From: Lacrimispora sp.
GTDB taxonomy: Bacteria; Bacillota; Clostridia; Lachnospirales; Lachnospiraceae
DNA: 64,000 bases
Reading direction: 5' to 3' (one strand)
Assembly: GCF_032064125.1 (NCBI RefSeq)
Contig: NZ_DAMBNZ010000012.1
Shown here in pieces: positions 46,485 through 57,585 of this stretch (its first letter is position 1; the number at the start of each line of letters is the position of its first letter). Position numbers and translations under genes: made by a program. The notes beneath the pieces were generated by a model, which searched no databases, was not told the origin of the DNA, and worked only from the letters and a program-made list of their open reading frames with translations.

Positions 46485-47501
46485 TCATTCGCCTGTCCAT
46501 GCACCATCACTTCCTACGATATAGCCATCTGGTGTGGTTGCACTGGAATACATGGCGCCATTTGATCCGCAGTAATACCATTTGGTATTCCAGGATACCC
46601 AGCCCGTCACCATATATCCATATTCATTAAAATAATACCAAGTTCCGTCTATAGACTGCCAGTTGCTTACTGTATAGCTTTTGTCTGCATTGCAGTACCA
46701 CCAACCAGTGTTATCCTTTAGCCACGCACCAGTACTTGCTGTAGTTCCAGGACCGGAAGAATTGCTGGTGGAGCTATTTGAACTGTTTGAGCTGATTTCT
46801 TCTGCGACGGTAGAAGACACATACCAGGAATCTGACGTTTCCCAGCTTCCCTTATTGGAGGAATTATAAACACCTCTTACTTTAAATGTATAATAACCAC
46901 TGGAAGTAATATAGCTGGAAAAATTATAGCTGGAGCTGGTTGTGGTAAAGACAGAAGTTACGGTGCTGCCGCCTTTGTAAAGTCTTACTTCATATTTATT
47001 GGCATCATCGGCTTCTTCCCAACTTGCATTTCCAGTGGTTGTTGTCCAATCCAGATCATTAACCGTCAGATCATAGTCACCGCTATCGCTATCTTCATCC
47101 AACGCATCAAGAGTAATGTAGACAATCAGCTCAGAACTGCTGCTTCTGCTTACAGAAGTTATTGTACCGTCTGATCCGCTAATGCTTACGCTGCTTTTTG
47201 AAAATCCACTGTCAAAATAGTAATCATCATCTGCCTCCAGATACACTTTGAGCTTTGGTTTATCCCCTTCCTCCCACTCATCACTAGGTGTGTTGGTTAC
47301 GGTTGTTTCCTCCACACTGTATTTACTGGAACTGGTTGTTACTGATACGTCACTGTCACTGCTTCCTGCTTCTAAATCCGAATCAATTACCAAGGAAACG
47401 CTGTTTATTTTGGTTTGAGTCGATGCCATTGAGGAAAGCGGGGACGCAGCCATAAACACGGCAGCGCTTAATATAGCTATAGCCTTTTTATATTGAAACA
47501 T
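46485..47501 (-). CDS. Secreted Ser/Thr/Asp-rich protein with three C-terminal cell-wall-binding repeats
   Basis: Signal peptide MFQYKKAIAILSAAVFMAASPLSSMA. Acidic S/T-rich modules, an SNSSNSSTSNSSGPGTTAST linker, then GWWY/WYYF repeats. Start at the ATG at 47501, after AGGAGGA. Confidence 0.7.
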   Translation of the reverse strand: MFQYKKAIAILSAAVFMAASPLSSMASTQTKINSVSLVIDSDLEAGSSDSDVSVTTSSSKYSVEETTVTNTPSDEWEEGDKPKLKVYLEADDDYYFDSGFSKSSVSISGSDGTITSVSRSSSSELIVYITLDALDEDSDSGDYDLTVNDLDWTTTTGNASWEEADDANKYEVRLYKGGSTVTSVFTTTSSSYNFSSYITSSGYYTFKVRGVYNSSNKGSWETSDSWYVSSTVAEEISSNSSNSSTSNSSGPGTTASTGAWLKDNTGWWYCNADKSYTVSNWQSIDGTWYYFNEYGYMVTGWVSWNTKWYYCGSNGAMYSSATTPDGYIVGSDGAWTGE

Positions 47502-47672
47502 GTCAAATTCCTCCTGCATTCTATGATCCGGATGGTCAAAGGGCACCACCGGAATATTTTAGTAGTGCCCTAAACTTTACCACAGACTACTTAAATCAGT
47601 CTTAAATATTACATATTATTCCAAAACTAATTTTTTATGCAGAATGAATTTTTACCGCTTCTATAAAAGGGC

Positions 47673-48848
47673 TTACTGTTTTGCAATAAATGATTTTCTC
47701 TTACTCACTACGTCGAAGATTACGGCTGCCATTAAAACCGCACCTTTTACTACTTTCTGGAGATTTTGATCTACGCCCATGATACTCATACCAAGGTTTA
47801 AAACACCCATCAGAGTAGCACCTACGATAACGCCTGGAACCGTTCCTGTTCCACCGTATGCAGAGGCTCCACCAATGAAGCAGGCGCCAATGGCGTCCAT
47901 CTCATAGTTATTACCGGCTGTGGGATTTGCCGAATTAAGACGGGCTACGGTTATCATACCAGCCACGGCTGCTAAGAAACCCATATTTAAATAAGCAAGG
48001 AAATATACTTTATTGGTATCAATTCCCGATAGTCTTGTGGCTTTTTCATTTCCTCCCACTGCATAGAAATAGCGACCAGTGGTTGTTTTTGATGTTATGT
48101 AGCTATAGATTCCAATAATAACCGTTACCCAGATCAGAGCGTTTGGAATGCCCTTATACATTGCCAGCTTATACATAAAGGCAAGGATTACAATACTAAT
48201 CAGTGACAGTTTTATAATAGTTCCAAACAATGGATCAACATGGTAGCCTTTTTGCTGCCTTCTTCTACGGCCTAAGAGCACCAGAACAAAAAAGCCAAGG
48301 CAAGCTATGATTCCGATTAAAAAGCAGGTTAAGTTAAAGCCTTCCATACCAAAGATATCCGGGATATAGGAATTAAACAGGGATAAAAATGGATTCGGGA
48401 TTGGAGACAATGTCATTCCTTGTAATACCACATTGGATAATCCCCGAAACATAAGCATTCCGGCAAGGGTTACGATAAAAGGAGGAATCCTTACATAAGC
48501 AATCCAAAAGCCCTGCCATGCACCAGCTAAAACTCCAATGATAGCCATTGCAAGCAATGACAGGTAGGGGTTGATACCAAAGGTAATCATCATGGTTCCC
48601 CCGATTGCTCCAATAAAGCAAACCAAAGAGCCTACGGATAAATCGATATTGCCACCGGTTAAGATACAAAACAACATACCGGTTGCAAGAATAAATACAT
48701 AGGCATTCTGTGCAATTAAGTTATTTACATTCTGAGGTAGAAGCATCTTTCCGCCTGTGTTGACTGTAAAAAGAATGACCACAAATGCAAGAACAATTAC
48801 CATGGTGTATTTTTTTAATCCCTCAGAGAATTTAAATTTATTCTTCAT
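47673..48848 (-). CDS. Monosaccharide ABC importer permease (XylH/GguB/MglC family)
   Basis: 391 aa with about 10 TM segments. The GGNIDLSVGS and RLSGI blocks are typical of the ribose/xylose/galactose-type permease family. Confidence 0.8.
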   Translation of the reverse strand: MKNKFKFSEGLKKYTMVIVLAFVVILFTVNTGGKMLLPQNVNNLIAQNAYVFILATGMLFCILTGGNIDLSVGSLVCFIGAIGGTMMITFGINPYLSLLAMAIIGVLAGAWQGFWIAYVRIPPFIVTLAGMLMFRGLSNVVLQGMTLSPIPNPFLSLFNSYIPDIFGMEGFNLTCFLIGIIACLGFFVLVLLGRRRRQQKGYHVDPLFGTIIKLSLISIVILAFMYKLAMYKGIPNALIWVTVIIGIYSYITSKTTTGRYFYAVGGNEKATRLSGIDTNKVYFLAYLNMGFLAAVAGMITVARLNSANPTAGNNYEMDAIGACFIGGASAYGGTGTVPGVIVGATLMGVLNLGMSIMGVDQNLQKVVKGAVLMAAVIFDVVSKRKSFIAKQ

Positions 48849-48851
48849 TGC

Positions 48852-50441
48852 TTACTCTCCCTCCTGCTGCTTAGCCCGTTCCTTAGGGGTTCCTAATATC
48901 CCCTCAGAATACTGATCTGATTTTAAAATACAGGCCATAATCTTTTCCTGAGTCGCCTCTTCTGCACTGATTTCTCCTACCATCTTGCCTTCATTCATAA
49001 TATAAATGCGGTCAGACATTCCAAGGACCTCGGGAAGCTCGGAGGAGATCATGATCACTGATTTTCCTTCTGCCGCAAGGCGGTTGATGATGCAGTAAAT
49101 CTCATATTTTGCGCCTACGTCAATTCCTCTGGTAGGTTCATCTAAAATGAGAATATCCGGCTCTGCAAACATCCATTTGGAAAGAAGCACCTTTTGCTGG
49201 TTGCCTCCGCTTAAATTTCCTACGTTTTGTTCTACGGACGAACATTTTGTTTTTAATTTATCCCGGTATTCCTGGGCTACACCAAACTCTTTGTCTTTGT
49301 CTATGATGGTCCGGTGACTAATTGCCTTAAGATTAGCCAGTGTGGTATTGATTTTAATGGGATTTCCTAGAATAAGCCCATTGCCTTTCCGGTCTTCCGT
49401 CACATAGGCAAGCTTATGAGCAATTGCTTCCTTAACTGAGTTCAAGTTCACCTCTTGCCCTTGAATGCGAACTTTACCTGAAATATTAGTGCCATAGCTT
49501 TTGCCAAAGATACTCATAGCAAGCTCTGTTCTACCTGCTCCCATCAAACCGCAGATTCCAAGAACTTCACCTTTTTTTACATGAAAGGATACGTCACTTA
49601 CTACTTTATGGTCAGAATACAATGGGTGGTAAGCATTCCAGTTTTCTACCTCCATGGCCATCTCACCAATTTTTACATCATGTCGTTTCGGGAATCGGTC
49701 CACTAACTCACGGCCTACCATTCCCTTGATGATACGGTCTTCTGAAATGGTATCCACGTTTCGATCCAATGTCTCTATGGTCTGACCATCTCTTAGAATG
49801 GTTATCTTATCTGCCACATACGCAATTTCGTTTAGCTTATGGGAGATGATGATAGAGGTCATTCCTTCTTTTTTAAACTTTAATAAAAGCTCTAACAGAG
49901 CTTTTGAATCGTCTTCGTTTAATGATGCTGTGGGCTCATCTAAAATTAAAAGCTTTGCCCGCTTTGCCAGTGCTTTTGCAATTTCCACTAACTGCTGTTT
50001 TCCTACGCTGATATCCTTGATTAATGTATGGGAGGATTCTGTAAGACCCACAGTTTTTAAGTATCTGTCTGCCTCTCCATATGTTTCATTCCAGTCGATG
50101 GCATATTTTTTTCCTTTTTCATTTCCCAGATACATGTTTTCGGCTATCGTCATGTATGGAACCATTGCAAGTTCCTGATGAATGATGACGATTCCTTTAT
50201 TTTCGCTGTCATTGATGTAATGAAATTCACAAATCTGCCCGTCATAAATGATGTCTCCCTCATAAGATCCATATGGATAGATCCCACTCAACACATTCAT
50301 AAGAGTTGATTTTCCTGCTCCATTTTCGCCTACCAGGGCGTGAATTTCGCCTTCCTCCACCTGGAGGTTTACATCGCTTAGCACCTTAACGCCCGGAAAT
50401 GTCTTTGTGATATTTTTCATTTCCAACAGTATTTTCGCCAA
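48852..50441 (-). CDS. Monosaccharide ABC importer ATPase with duplicated nucleotide-binding domains (XylG/GguA/MglA family)
   Basis: Two nucleotide-binding domains: GENGAGKST...LILDEPT and a second with LSGGNQQK...LILDEPT. TTG start at 50441, 5 nt after GGGAGGGG. Confidence 0.85.
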   Translation of the reverse strand: MAKILLEMKNITKTFPGVKVLSDVNLQVEEGEIHALVGENGAGKSTLMNVLSGIYPYGSYEGDIIYDGQICEFHYINDSENKGIVIIHQELAMVPYMTIAENMYLGNEKGKKYAIDWNETYGEADRYLKTVGLTESSHTLIKDISVGKQQLVEIAKALAKRAKLLILDEPTASLNEDDSKALLELLLKFKKEGMTSIIISHKLNEIAYVADKITILRDGQTIETLDRNVDTISEDRIIKGMVGRELVDRFPKRHDVKIGEMAMEVENWNAYHPLYSDHKVVSDVSFHVKKGEVLGICGLMGAGRTELAMSIFGKSYGTNISGKVRIQGQEVNLNSVKEAIAHKLAYVTEDRKGNGLILGNPIKINTTLANLKAISHRTIIDKDKEFGVAQEYRDKLKTKCSSVEQNVGNLSGGNQQKVLLSKWMFAEPDILILDEPTRGIDVGAKYEIYCIINRLAAEGKSVIMISSELPEVLGMSDRIYIMNEGKMVGEISAEEATQEKIMACILKSDQYSEGILGTPKERAKQQEGE

Positions 50442-50518
50442 GATTACCCCTCCCTTTCCACTATTTTTAGGGGGCGCCTCCCGCATGGCAGAAGCCGCCC
50501 CTTAAGGAAATTATGTTA

Positions 50519-51682
50519 TTATTTCAGCTGATCTTCTGTGTAATATCCTGATTTAATAATCATATCTTTATAGTTATCCACGGTTACAACCACTGGATCA
50601 CAAAGATAGGTTGGGATAATTCCAGTACCATTGTCGTAAGTCTTGGTATCGTTAATTTCAGCTTCTCCACCCTTAATGATGGAATCTACCATTTTAACAA
50701 CCTGGGTAGCCAGAGTACGGGTATCTTTAAATACGCTCATTGCCTGTTTTCCCTGTACCATGTTCTTAACATTTGCAATGTCACAATCCTGTCCAGTGAT
50801 GATTGGATACTTGCCGGTATAGGAAGATGCAAGTGCATTTTCTACACCAAGAGCGGTGGAGTCATTGGAGCAAAGAACGGCATCAAGAACGGTTCCGTCA
50901 GAGTAATTACCTGCAATAATGGTATCCATACGGTTCTGAGCTTTTTCAGAATCCCAGTTAGCGGTAGCAACCTGCTCAAATGCGGTCTGACCAGATTTAA
51001 CAACCAGCTTGCCATTGTCTACGTATTTTTTAAGGACATCCATAGCTCCTCCAAAGAAGAACTTACAGTTGTTATCTGCTGGGTCACCAGTGAATAACTC
51101 AATGTTCTTTGGATCGGTAGCTTTTTCAAGGCCTAATGCCTCTACCAGATATTCACCCTGTTTCTGGCCTACTTTATAGTTATCAAAAGTTGCATAATAG
51201 GATACAGCATCGGAGTTCATGATCAGACGATCATAAGCGATAACTGGAATTCCCATTGACTTAGCCTGAGCCAACGGCTCTCCTAATGAACTTCCATCGA
51301 TGGATGCAACAACTAAGAGCTGGCAGCCGTTGGAGATCATGTTTTCAATCTGGGAAACCTGAGTCTGCACATCATTGCTGGCAAACTGAAGGTCAACTTT
51401 ATAACCGGCAGTTTCCAGTTCCTTTTTCATGTTGGTTCCATCTTGATTCCACCGCTGTAAGTCTTTGGTTGGCATAGCAACACCAATTAAAACACCTTCG
51501 CCTTTATCAGCCTTTGAATCTGCTGCTTTGCTCTCTGGAGCTTTTGTGGTCTCTGCTGCTGCCACCGTTGTAGCCTGAGTCTCTTTGCTCTCTGAAACAG
51601 AACTTGTTTTGCTTCCACAACCTGCTAATGCTGATGCAGCCAGTGCAAGAGTCATTGCAACCGCTAAAAATTTTCTTTTCAT
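50519..51682 (-). CDS. Sugar ABC importer substrate-binding lipoprotein (ChvE/XylF-like)
   Basis: Lipobox LAGC after MKRKFLAVAMTLALAASA. Thr/Ala/Glu-rich tether, then a type I periplasmic-binding fold. ATG at 51682, after GGAGGAGG. Confidence 0.8.
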   Translation of the reverse strand: MKRKFLAVAMTLALAASALAGCGSKTSSVSESKETQATTVAAAETTKAPESKAADSKADKGEGVLIGVAMPTKDLQRWNQDGTNMKKELETAGYKVDLQFASNDVQTQVSQIENMISNGCQLLVVASIDGSSLGEPLAQAKSMGIPVIAYDRLIMNSDAVSYYATFDNYKVGQKQGEYLVEALGLEKATDPKNIELFTGDPADNNCKFFFGGAMDVLKKYVDNGKLVVKSGQTAFEQVATANWDSEKAQNRMDTIIAGNYSDGTVLDAVLCSNDSTALGVENALASSYTGKYPIITGQDCDIANVKNMVQGKQAMSVFKDTRTLATQVVKMVDSIIKGGEAEINDTKTYDNGTGIIPTYLCDPVVVTVDNYKDMIIKSGYYTEDQLK

Positions 51683-51780
51683 GGTTTTTGGTTCCTCCTC
51701 CAATACTTTATTTGTAATCCCATCTTATCACCAACCAATCTGGATATGTTTGTGAACCATTAGCACTCATTCATCCACAT

Positions 51781-51811
51781 AAAAAAAGCCCTGATACCCC
51801 AGGACTTTTTT
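51781..51811 (-). terminator. Bidirectional-looking terminator between the sensor module and the importer operon
   Basis: Stem agccctg / caggact flanked by an A run (51781-51786) and a T run (51807-51811), 15-20 nt after the stop at 51826. Confidence 0.55.
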
Positions 51812-51825
51812 GCTTCTAAAAAATG

Positions 51826-52875
51826 CTATTGCTGTTTTACGTTTAAGTATACATCTTCCTTGGAATGAAACCCGCCTTTGATGATGACAGAGTCCATATT
51901 TTCTTTGTTCACAGCTACTGGACTGAGTTCCAGATAAGGGACCTCGTAGGTGCCGTCATATATGGTCTTTTTCACTCCCTCAAGGGGTTCCCCTCTTCCA
52001 AGTTTTACGGCATATTCCGCCCCCAGTCTGGCTTCCTCTTCTACATACTTAAAAGCGGTCATTGTCTGTGTCCCTTCCATGATCCGCTGACATGCCATCA
52101 AATCCCCATCCTGACCTACCAAATACACTTTGCCTGCCAGTCGGTCTTCCGAAAGGGCTCGAAATACCTGAGTGGCTAAGTCGTCATTCCCGCACATGAT
52201 CCCCTTCACGTCCGGATGTTCCTCCAAGGCTTCTTTTGCATAGTTATAGGCATTTTCTGCGATCCAGCCATCACAATTGTTTTCATAGACAACTTCTAAG
52301 TTTTTGTTAATTTCAAGATCAAACCCATTGCGGATTAAGCGCACGTTATTGTCTGTCTGAGGCCCCTGTATCATAAATACCTTTCCTCCCTCAGGTATTT
52401 TTTGATTCAGGCTTTTTGCCATCAGCCGTCCCACTTCTTCATTATCAAAGGATATGTAGATGTCCGCACCTGCATTTTTTATCAGGCGGTCATAGCTAAC
52501 GGTCTTAATTCCTGCCTCTTTTGCCTTTTTTAGCACATCAGATAAAGCCTCGCTATCCCCTGCTACAACAACGATAACATCCATCTTTTTTTTGATAAAA
52601 TATTTGATCTGTTCAATCTGTTCATTTACATCCCCATTTGCATTCTGAACATTTACTTCCGCCCCTAGTTCTTTTGCTGTTGAAACAAACACATCCCGGT
52701 CCCGAATCCACCGTTCGATTACGAAGGAATCTATGCTAAGACCAATTTGCAAGGGCTTATCTCCTTCTTCCTTCCCTGCTTCTTTGTCTACCTGCGCAAC
52801 CGCCTCTCTGCAGCCAACCATAAAAACGCAGCAGAGTATCACCATCAGTAACCATTTCCCTCTCCACATTTTCAT
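51826..52875 (-). CDS. Sugar-binding lipoprotein (type I periplasmic-binding fold), probable ligand sensor for the adjacent kinase
   Basis: Signal/lipobox MVGC. Its sequence resembles ribose/xylose-binding proteins (IGLSIDSF, VVVAGDS). It lies directly downstream of the response regulator. Confidence 0.7.
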   Translation of the reverse strand: MKMWRGKWLLMVILCCVFMVGCREAVAQVDKEAGKEEGDKPLQIGLSIDSFVIERWIRDRDVFVSTAKELGAEVNVQNANGDVNEQIEQIKYFIKKKMDVIVVVAGDSEALSDVLKKAKEAGIKTVSYDRLIKNAGADIYISFDNEEVGRLMAKSLNQKIPEGGKVFMIQGPQTDNNVRLIRNGFDLEINKNLEVVYENNCDGWIAENAYNYAKEALEEHPDVKGIMCGNDDLATQVFRALSEDRLAGKVYLVGQDGDLMACQRIMEGTQTMTAFKYVEEEARLGAEYAVKLGRGEPLEGVKKTIYDGTYEVPYLELSPVAVNKENMDSVIIKGGFHSKEDVYLNVKQQ

Positions 52876-52880
52876 AACCT

Positions 52881-54467
52881 TTACCTCTCCCTGTATTCAC
52901 TTGGCGTCATCCCTTCGTATTTCTTAAAAATACGGCTGAAATAATTCGGGTCGCCATAGCCGGACATTACACACACCTCCTTGATGCTGTACTTGGGATC
53001 CTCCAAAAGATGTCTCGCATGCTTCATCCTAACTCCTGTTACGTATTCTATGAAATTCTCTCCCACCTCCTGTTTGAATAATTTACTGAAATAATAAGGA
53101 CTGATATCAACCATTCTGGATACATCATCTAGGGAAATATTTTTAGCGTAATTCTCATTGATGTATGCCTTCACTCTGGAAACTAAATTTTCGTATTCTC
53201 TCTCTCTGGAAGTACTGATGCTGTCACAGATTTCTCTCGTCTTTGCCTGAAACCAGAGCCGTAGATTTTCCGTATCGGACGCTTCTCTTAATTCACTTAA
53301 GTAGTTTTCCCGGTAACGGAAGCCGTACCTGAGATTACCACCTTCAAAAGCCATTTTTTCAAGCCTCATAATAAGCTCTAAGATTTTAACCTCTATGTTG
53401 GATCGGTGGTTGTTGTTATGTACCAACATCCAGTCAAAAAACTCATTGGCACAGGATAGAGCCCCTTCTCTGTCCCCCTTTGCCCCTCGCTGCAGATACA
53501 TATGTTCCAGCTCCAGGGGGTACTCTCCGTCATAATCTGCCACCGCCGGAATATCAGTTATGTGGATGACATGGCTGTCGTTTTCTCTCAAGGACTTTAA
53601 GGCTTCCTTATAGGAATCCCGAATTCCTGCTAAAGACTTAACGGAACCAATTCCGCCTCTGCATTTGATATCTGCGCTGTTTTCCAGTTTATGAATCATG
53701 TTCCTGGTTCTGGTGATGATCTCCACTCGCTCTTCATAGCGCATCTTTTCTTCATCAAAGGATAAAAATAACACTAGCCGGTTTCCCATAACAGGCCCTA
53801 TGACACAATCAAAGTAATCTTTCACAATTTCCCGGATCATGGCATAATATTTGCTGACACGAACGCCCACCCCGATGGCGTTTGTCATGGTTCCACTTTC
53901 TATACTGTCTCCGAATTCCAAAGCCATCATAAATCCGTAAGGCTTCTGGATATCCAGCATTTCTACATATCCGTTCTTTAAAACATCAGAATCTTCCTGA
54001 AGCACATTATAGATGAAGCCGCTCTCAATCATGGGAATTACGATTTCAAGCTTTTCCCGAATTTTAAGATCATCACTTAGCTTTTGTCTTGCCTCTTCAA
54101 CTTGATGCATGGCCTTAACGCAGGTATCTAAGATTTTCTTTTTGTTTACCGGCTTCATGATAAATTCCATAACCCCCAGATTTACCGCTTCCTGGGCATA
54201 GGAAAACTTATCAAAGGCTGTCATAATAATAAAGACAATAGAAGGGTTGAATTTCCTCACTTCTTTAATCGCCTGTATCCCGCTTAACCCCGGCATCTGG
54301 ATATCTACAAAAGCAATGTCTGGCCGAAAGGAGCCTGCCTGCTCAATGACCGCTCTTCCAGTCTTGACGCAAACGATCTCACAATCGCTTCCGAAACTAG
54401 ACTGTATGATGTTTTTTATGGCTTCTAGCATGATTCCTTCGTCATCCGCTACCAATATCCGAAACAT
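52881..54467 (-). CDS. Response regulator, REC plus AraC-type HTH (YesN family)
   Basis: ILVADDE and phospho-acceptor FVDIQMPGLSG. C-terminal AraC HTH blocks (ISLDDVSRMVDISPYYFSKLFK, GYGDPNYFSRIFKK). Confidence 0.85.
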   Translation of the reverse strand: MFRILVADDEGIMLEAIKNIIQSSFGSDCEIVCVKTGRAVIEQAGSFRPDIAFVDIQMPGLSGIQAIKEVRKFNPSIVFIIMTAFDKFSYAQEAVNLGVMEFIMKPVNKKKILDTCVKAMHQVEEARQKLSDDLKIREKLEIVIPMIESGFIYNVLQEDSDVLKNGYVEMLDIQKPYGFMMALEFGDSIESGTMTNAIGVGVRVSKYYAMIREIVKDYFDCVIGPVMGNRLVLFLSFDEEKMRYEERVEIITRTRNMIHKLENSADIKCRGGIGSVKSLAGIRDSYKEALKSLRENDSHVIHITDIPAVADYDGEYPLELEHMYLQRGAKGDREGALSCANEFFDWMLVHNNNHRSNIEVKILELIMRLEKMAFEGGNLRYGFRYRENYLSELREASDTENLRLWFQAKTREICDSISTSREREYENLVSRVKAYINENYAKNISLDDVSRMVDISPYYFSKLFKQEVGENFIEYVTGVRMKHARHLLEDPKYSIKEVCVMSGYGDPNYFSRIFKKYEGMTPSEYRER

Positions 54468-55956
54468 ATGAACCCCCTCCTCTTTTGGGAATCCTAAGGA
54501 CTATGGTGGTGCCCTTGTCTTCTCCCTCACTCAAGATGTGGAAAATGTCATCATAGTTGTAATATAGCCTTAACCTGGAAACGACATTGTAAATACCGAT
54601 TCCAGTGGATTCTTTTCTTTCGCCAGATGGTTTTCCGGCCTGTACTCTTTTTAACGTTTCTTCGTTCATTCCTTTTCCATTGTCTTCAATGCGAATCTCA
54701 ATCTCGTCTTCTCTGTCTTTTACGGAGAGGTGGATTTTCCCTGGCCATTCGATGTTTCTTATGCCATGAGTCACCGCATTCTCGACCAATGGCTGTAAAG
54801 ACATGCTTGGAATGGAATAGTTTAACGCTCCTTCCTCTATACAGGAGCTATAGTGAATGTCACCTGCAAAACGTACATTTAAAATATAAATATAGTTTTC
54901 TATTGTCTCGATTTCTTCTGAAATGGTGGCATCTTCAGAACCCTTTTTTACATTGTAACGGAAAAAATCCGCCATTTTTTCCATGAATACGGAGGTTTTT
55001 TCTGCGTCTTCCATCATTGCTAATTGAACGCCAGCGTTTAAGGAATTAAAAAGAAAGTGAGGATTGATTTGAGACTGGAGATATTTAAGCTGGGCTTCTT
55101 TTAAATGGTTTTCCATCAATAGCTCCCGCTCTTTCATCTCCTGTTCCTTTTCTGCACTCTCCTTGATCTTCTGTACGTATTCATCCAGACTTTCCACCAT
55201 CTGGTTAAAGGTCCCGGTTACGATTCCAAGCTCATCTCCGGCCTGGACTGCGGGCACCTTAACGTTAAAATTCCCTTGTCCAACCAGCTTAGCCGTATGA
55301 GCGAGGTTGATAAGAGGCGTTACCATATCCTTTGTGATCATCATCATTACCGTGATACTGATAATCATAACGATAATAAGAATAACGGAGCTTATGACCT
55401 CTAAGTACTGAAGGGCTGCCTGTAAGGTCTGGTAACTGGCTGAATTGTTCTTAAACTGAAGGCTGTTTAAAACAGAAATATCATTGTTAATGAAACGGTA
55501 TTGCTTTAAGGCTGCTTCGTAGGAGACCTTGTATTTCTCCACATTCTGGCCTCGTTTTGCCTGTACGGTTTCATCGGTGATGGCCAAATAGCTATCTGAC
55601 ATATTTCTGATATTCTTTTCCAGTATCTGAATCTTATTATCTGTGACGGAAACGTTGAGTCCCTCTAACAGCTTTCTATAGTCCTGTTCCGAACGGTAAT
55701 AGTTGGTCAGGGATTCAGAATCCTTTACCTGAAGATAGCGATACATATAATTTTGCACCTCGGATAAGCTGTCTGAAAGTTCATTTAGATTTACATTGCT
55801 CATGTAAACGGAATTCATCCGCTCCACCATCTGGTTGATCTGGGTATAGATAAACAGATTGCTGGCAAAGAGGACCACCGCGGTTGCGGCTATCTCTAAA
55901 AACAACTTTCGGGTGATCGGAAGATTCTCCCACATATATATCAATTTATTTTTCAT
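54442..55956 (-). CDS. Sensor histidine kinase, LytS/YesM type (HAMP, His_kinase, HATPase_c)
   Basis: Two TM segments flank an external domain. A HAMP segment is followed by the QINPHFLFNSLN H-box and the ATPase blocks DNGKGM and GIGIYNV. Confidence 0.85.
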   Translation of the reverse strand: MKNKLIYMWENLPITRKLFLEIAATAVVLFASNLFIYTQINQMVERMNSVYMSNVNLNELSDSLSEVQNYMYRYLQVKDSESLTNYYRSEQDYRKLLEGLNVSVTDNKIQILEKNIRNMSDSYLAITDETVQAKRGQNVEKYKVSYEAALKQYRFINNDISVLNSLQFKNNSASYQTLQAALQYLEVISSVILIIVMIISITVMMMITKDMVTPLINLAHTAKLVGQGNFNVKVPAVQAGDELGIVTGTFNQMVESLDEYVQKIKESAEKEQEMKERELLMENHLKEAQLKYLQSQINPHFLFNSLNAGVQLAMMEDAEKTSVFMEKMADFFRYNVKKGSEDATISEEIETIENYIYILNVRFAGDIHYSSCIEEGALNYSIPSMSLQPLVENAVTHGIRNIEWPGKIHLSVKDREDEIEIRIEDNGKGMNEETLKRVQAGKPSGERKESTGIGIYNVVSRLRLYYNYDDIFHILSEGEDKGTTIVLRIPKRGGGSYVSDIGSG

Positions 55957-56986
55957 GGCTGCTCCACTGATTGTTTACGAAACCCAAGGCATTTTCCTTT
56001 GTCACAAACTCTAAGTCCACGCTGTTAAATGAGTTGGTTCTTCCATCTCGTATGGACTCTGTAAGGGCTTGTACACTGTATTTCCCCATCTGTCTGGTGT
56101 CTATGTAAAGTGACATTGCCATTGTTCCCTTTAAGACTGCGTCAAGTGTAGCTTTTGACTTATAATAACCAATTACCTGAGTTCTTCCTACACAGTTGTA
56201 ATCAATGACCGCCTGATATACTGCTTCTGTGTCCACCTCATCCATGCAGATAATAATATCCGGTGGACCGAGATCATTCTGGAATAGGTTTCTGACGATT
56301 TCCTCGGATTCAAAGGCTCGTCCAGAGGGCACCTTGACCTCTTCCACTTCAATGTGATTTGAGGTTTCACCTGAGGTAACCATGCGGTTATTGATCTGGT
56401 TGAAGATCTGGGACTGGCTGCTGTCTGAAGAATTATCATGAAGGAACATTAAGACTCTTATCTTTCTTGTTTCCTTAGGAAGTATTTTTAATATCTGGTT
56501 TCCATACTCCTGACCAAGCTGATAGGAATTGATACCAACGTAACTTTTCCTTCCAGATGTAGGAGCATCGTTTAATATGGTTACTACGGGGATTCCCTTG
56601 GCTGTTGCTTCATTGATCCGCTCCTCCAGACGGGTTTCCCCGGTAAATTCAAGTAAAATTCCATCTACTTTAGCAGCTATACTCATATCCATAAAATCCA
56701 CTGTGGTGTATTCAGAGGACTGATCTTTTCCTTTTAGTTCCACATAGGCATCGTGGAGTGCAGCTTCCTCCCGCACGCTTTCGTATACATCATTCCAGAA
56801 CTGGGAATCCAGATTATCGATGATCATGACGTAATGATATTTATAAACGGAATTCTTTTCTGAATGCTCAAGCCCTGTTTTCTTTAGAACATATCCGTAA
56901 AAGGACGATGTCAGGCCAGTTAGAAACACGATTACAAGCAATCCGGCTAATACTAACAGAAGCAGGCTTTTTTTTCTTTTATCCAT
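55946..56986 (-). CDS. Membrane-anchored periplasmic-binding-protein-like domain protein (second putative sugar sensor)
   Basis: N-terminal TM anchor SLLLLVLAGLLVIVFL. Type I binding-protein-like alternating pattern. Overlaps the start of the kinase gene by 11 nt. Confidence 0.65.
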   Translation of the reverse strand: MDKRKKSLLLLVLAGLLVIVFLTGLTSSFYGYVLKKTGLEHSEKNSVYKYHYVMIIDNLDSQFWNDVYESVREEAALHDAYVELKGKDQSSEYTTVDFMDMSIAAKVDGILLEFTGETRLEERINEATAKGIPVVTILNDAPTSGRKSYVGINSYQLGQEYGNQILKILPKETRKIRVLMFLHDNSSDSSQSQIFNQINNRMVTSGETSNHIEVEEVKVPSGRAFESEEIVRNLFQNDLGPPDIIICMDEVDTEAVYQAVIDYNCVGRTQVIGYYKSKATLDAVLKGTMAMSLYIDTRQMGKYSVQALTESIRDGRTNSFNSVDLEFVTKENALGFVNNQWSSHEK

Positions 56987-57585
56987 GGTTATCCTCTTGT
57001 CTCAATTTATGCTGTTTTTATTATACTAAATGGGAGAGAAAAACAAAAGCAGGAGAATCTTGCCAAGGGGTAGCATTTTTTTGTCTTGGGTGTATTGTCT
57101 AGCTTTAAACACTACAAGAACGAAACATTCTATCTTTTTATACATGAGGTCGTATGAAGCTTAGGCATATCATATTTATTAGATAAATATTTGAAAAGAT
57201 TAATAAAGAGACATGTTTTAATATAATTAAATGATGGACTGAATCCTTTTCAAAAGAATTCAGCCCATCATTATAAGGGAAACGCATTACAACATTCAAT
57301 AAACATTTTTAGATGATTCTTATTTCTATGCTTAATCTAATTAATTTCACGATGTATTTTATGATATTTTTTTATTAAATATAATAGTAAGGGTATTATA
57401 AAAACTAACGGTTGAAAATGATTTAATAAGATTTTATATAATAGGTTTATATTTGCTGTATAAAATGAGTCGTCGAAACAAAGTCACCAACCACCATTTC
57501 AAATGGTGGTTGGATATTAGCCCTCCAAAGGGCTATGTTACTGCTCGCCCCTAAGGGCGGTATCACAAGCACTTTTTCTGGTCCA

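Noticed and set aside
57233-57275. Hairpin aatgatggactgaat...attcagcccatcatt downstream of IS200.
   Set aside because: Only one arm mismatch, but no flanking U tract on either strand and no gene that it would terminate. It could be an IS-related or remnant structure, and the evidence is too weak to call.
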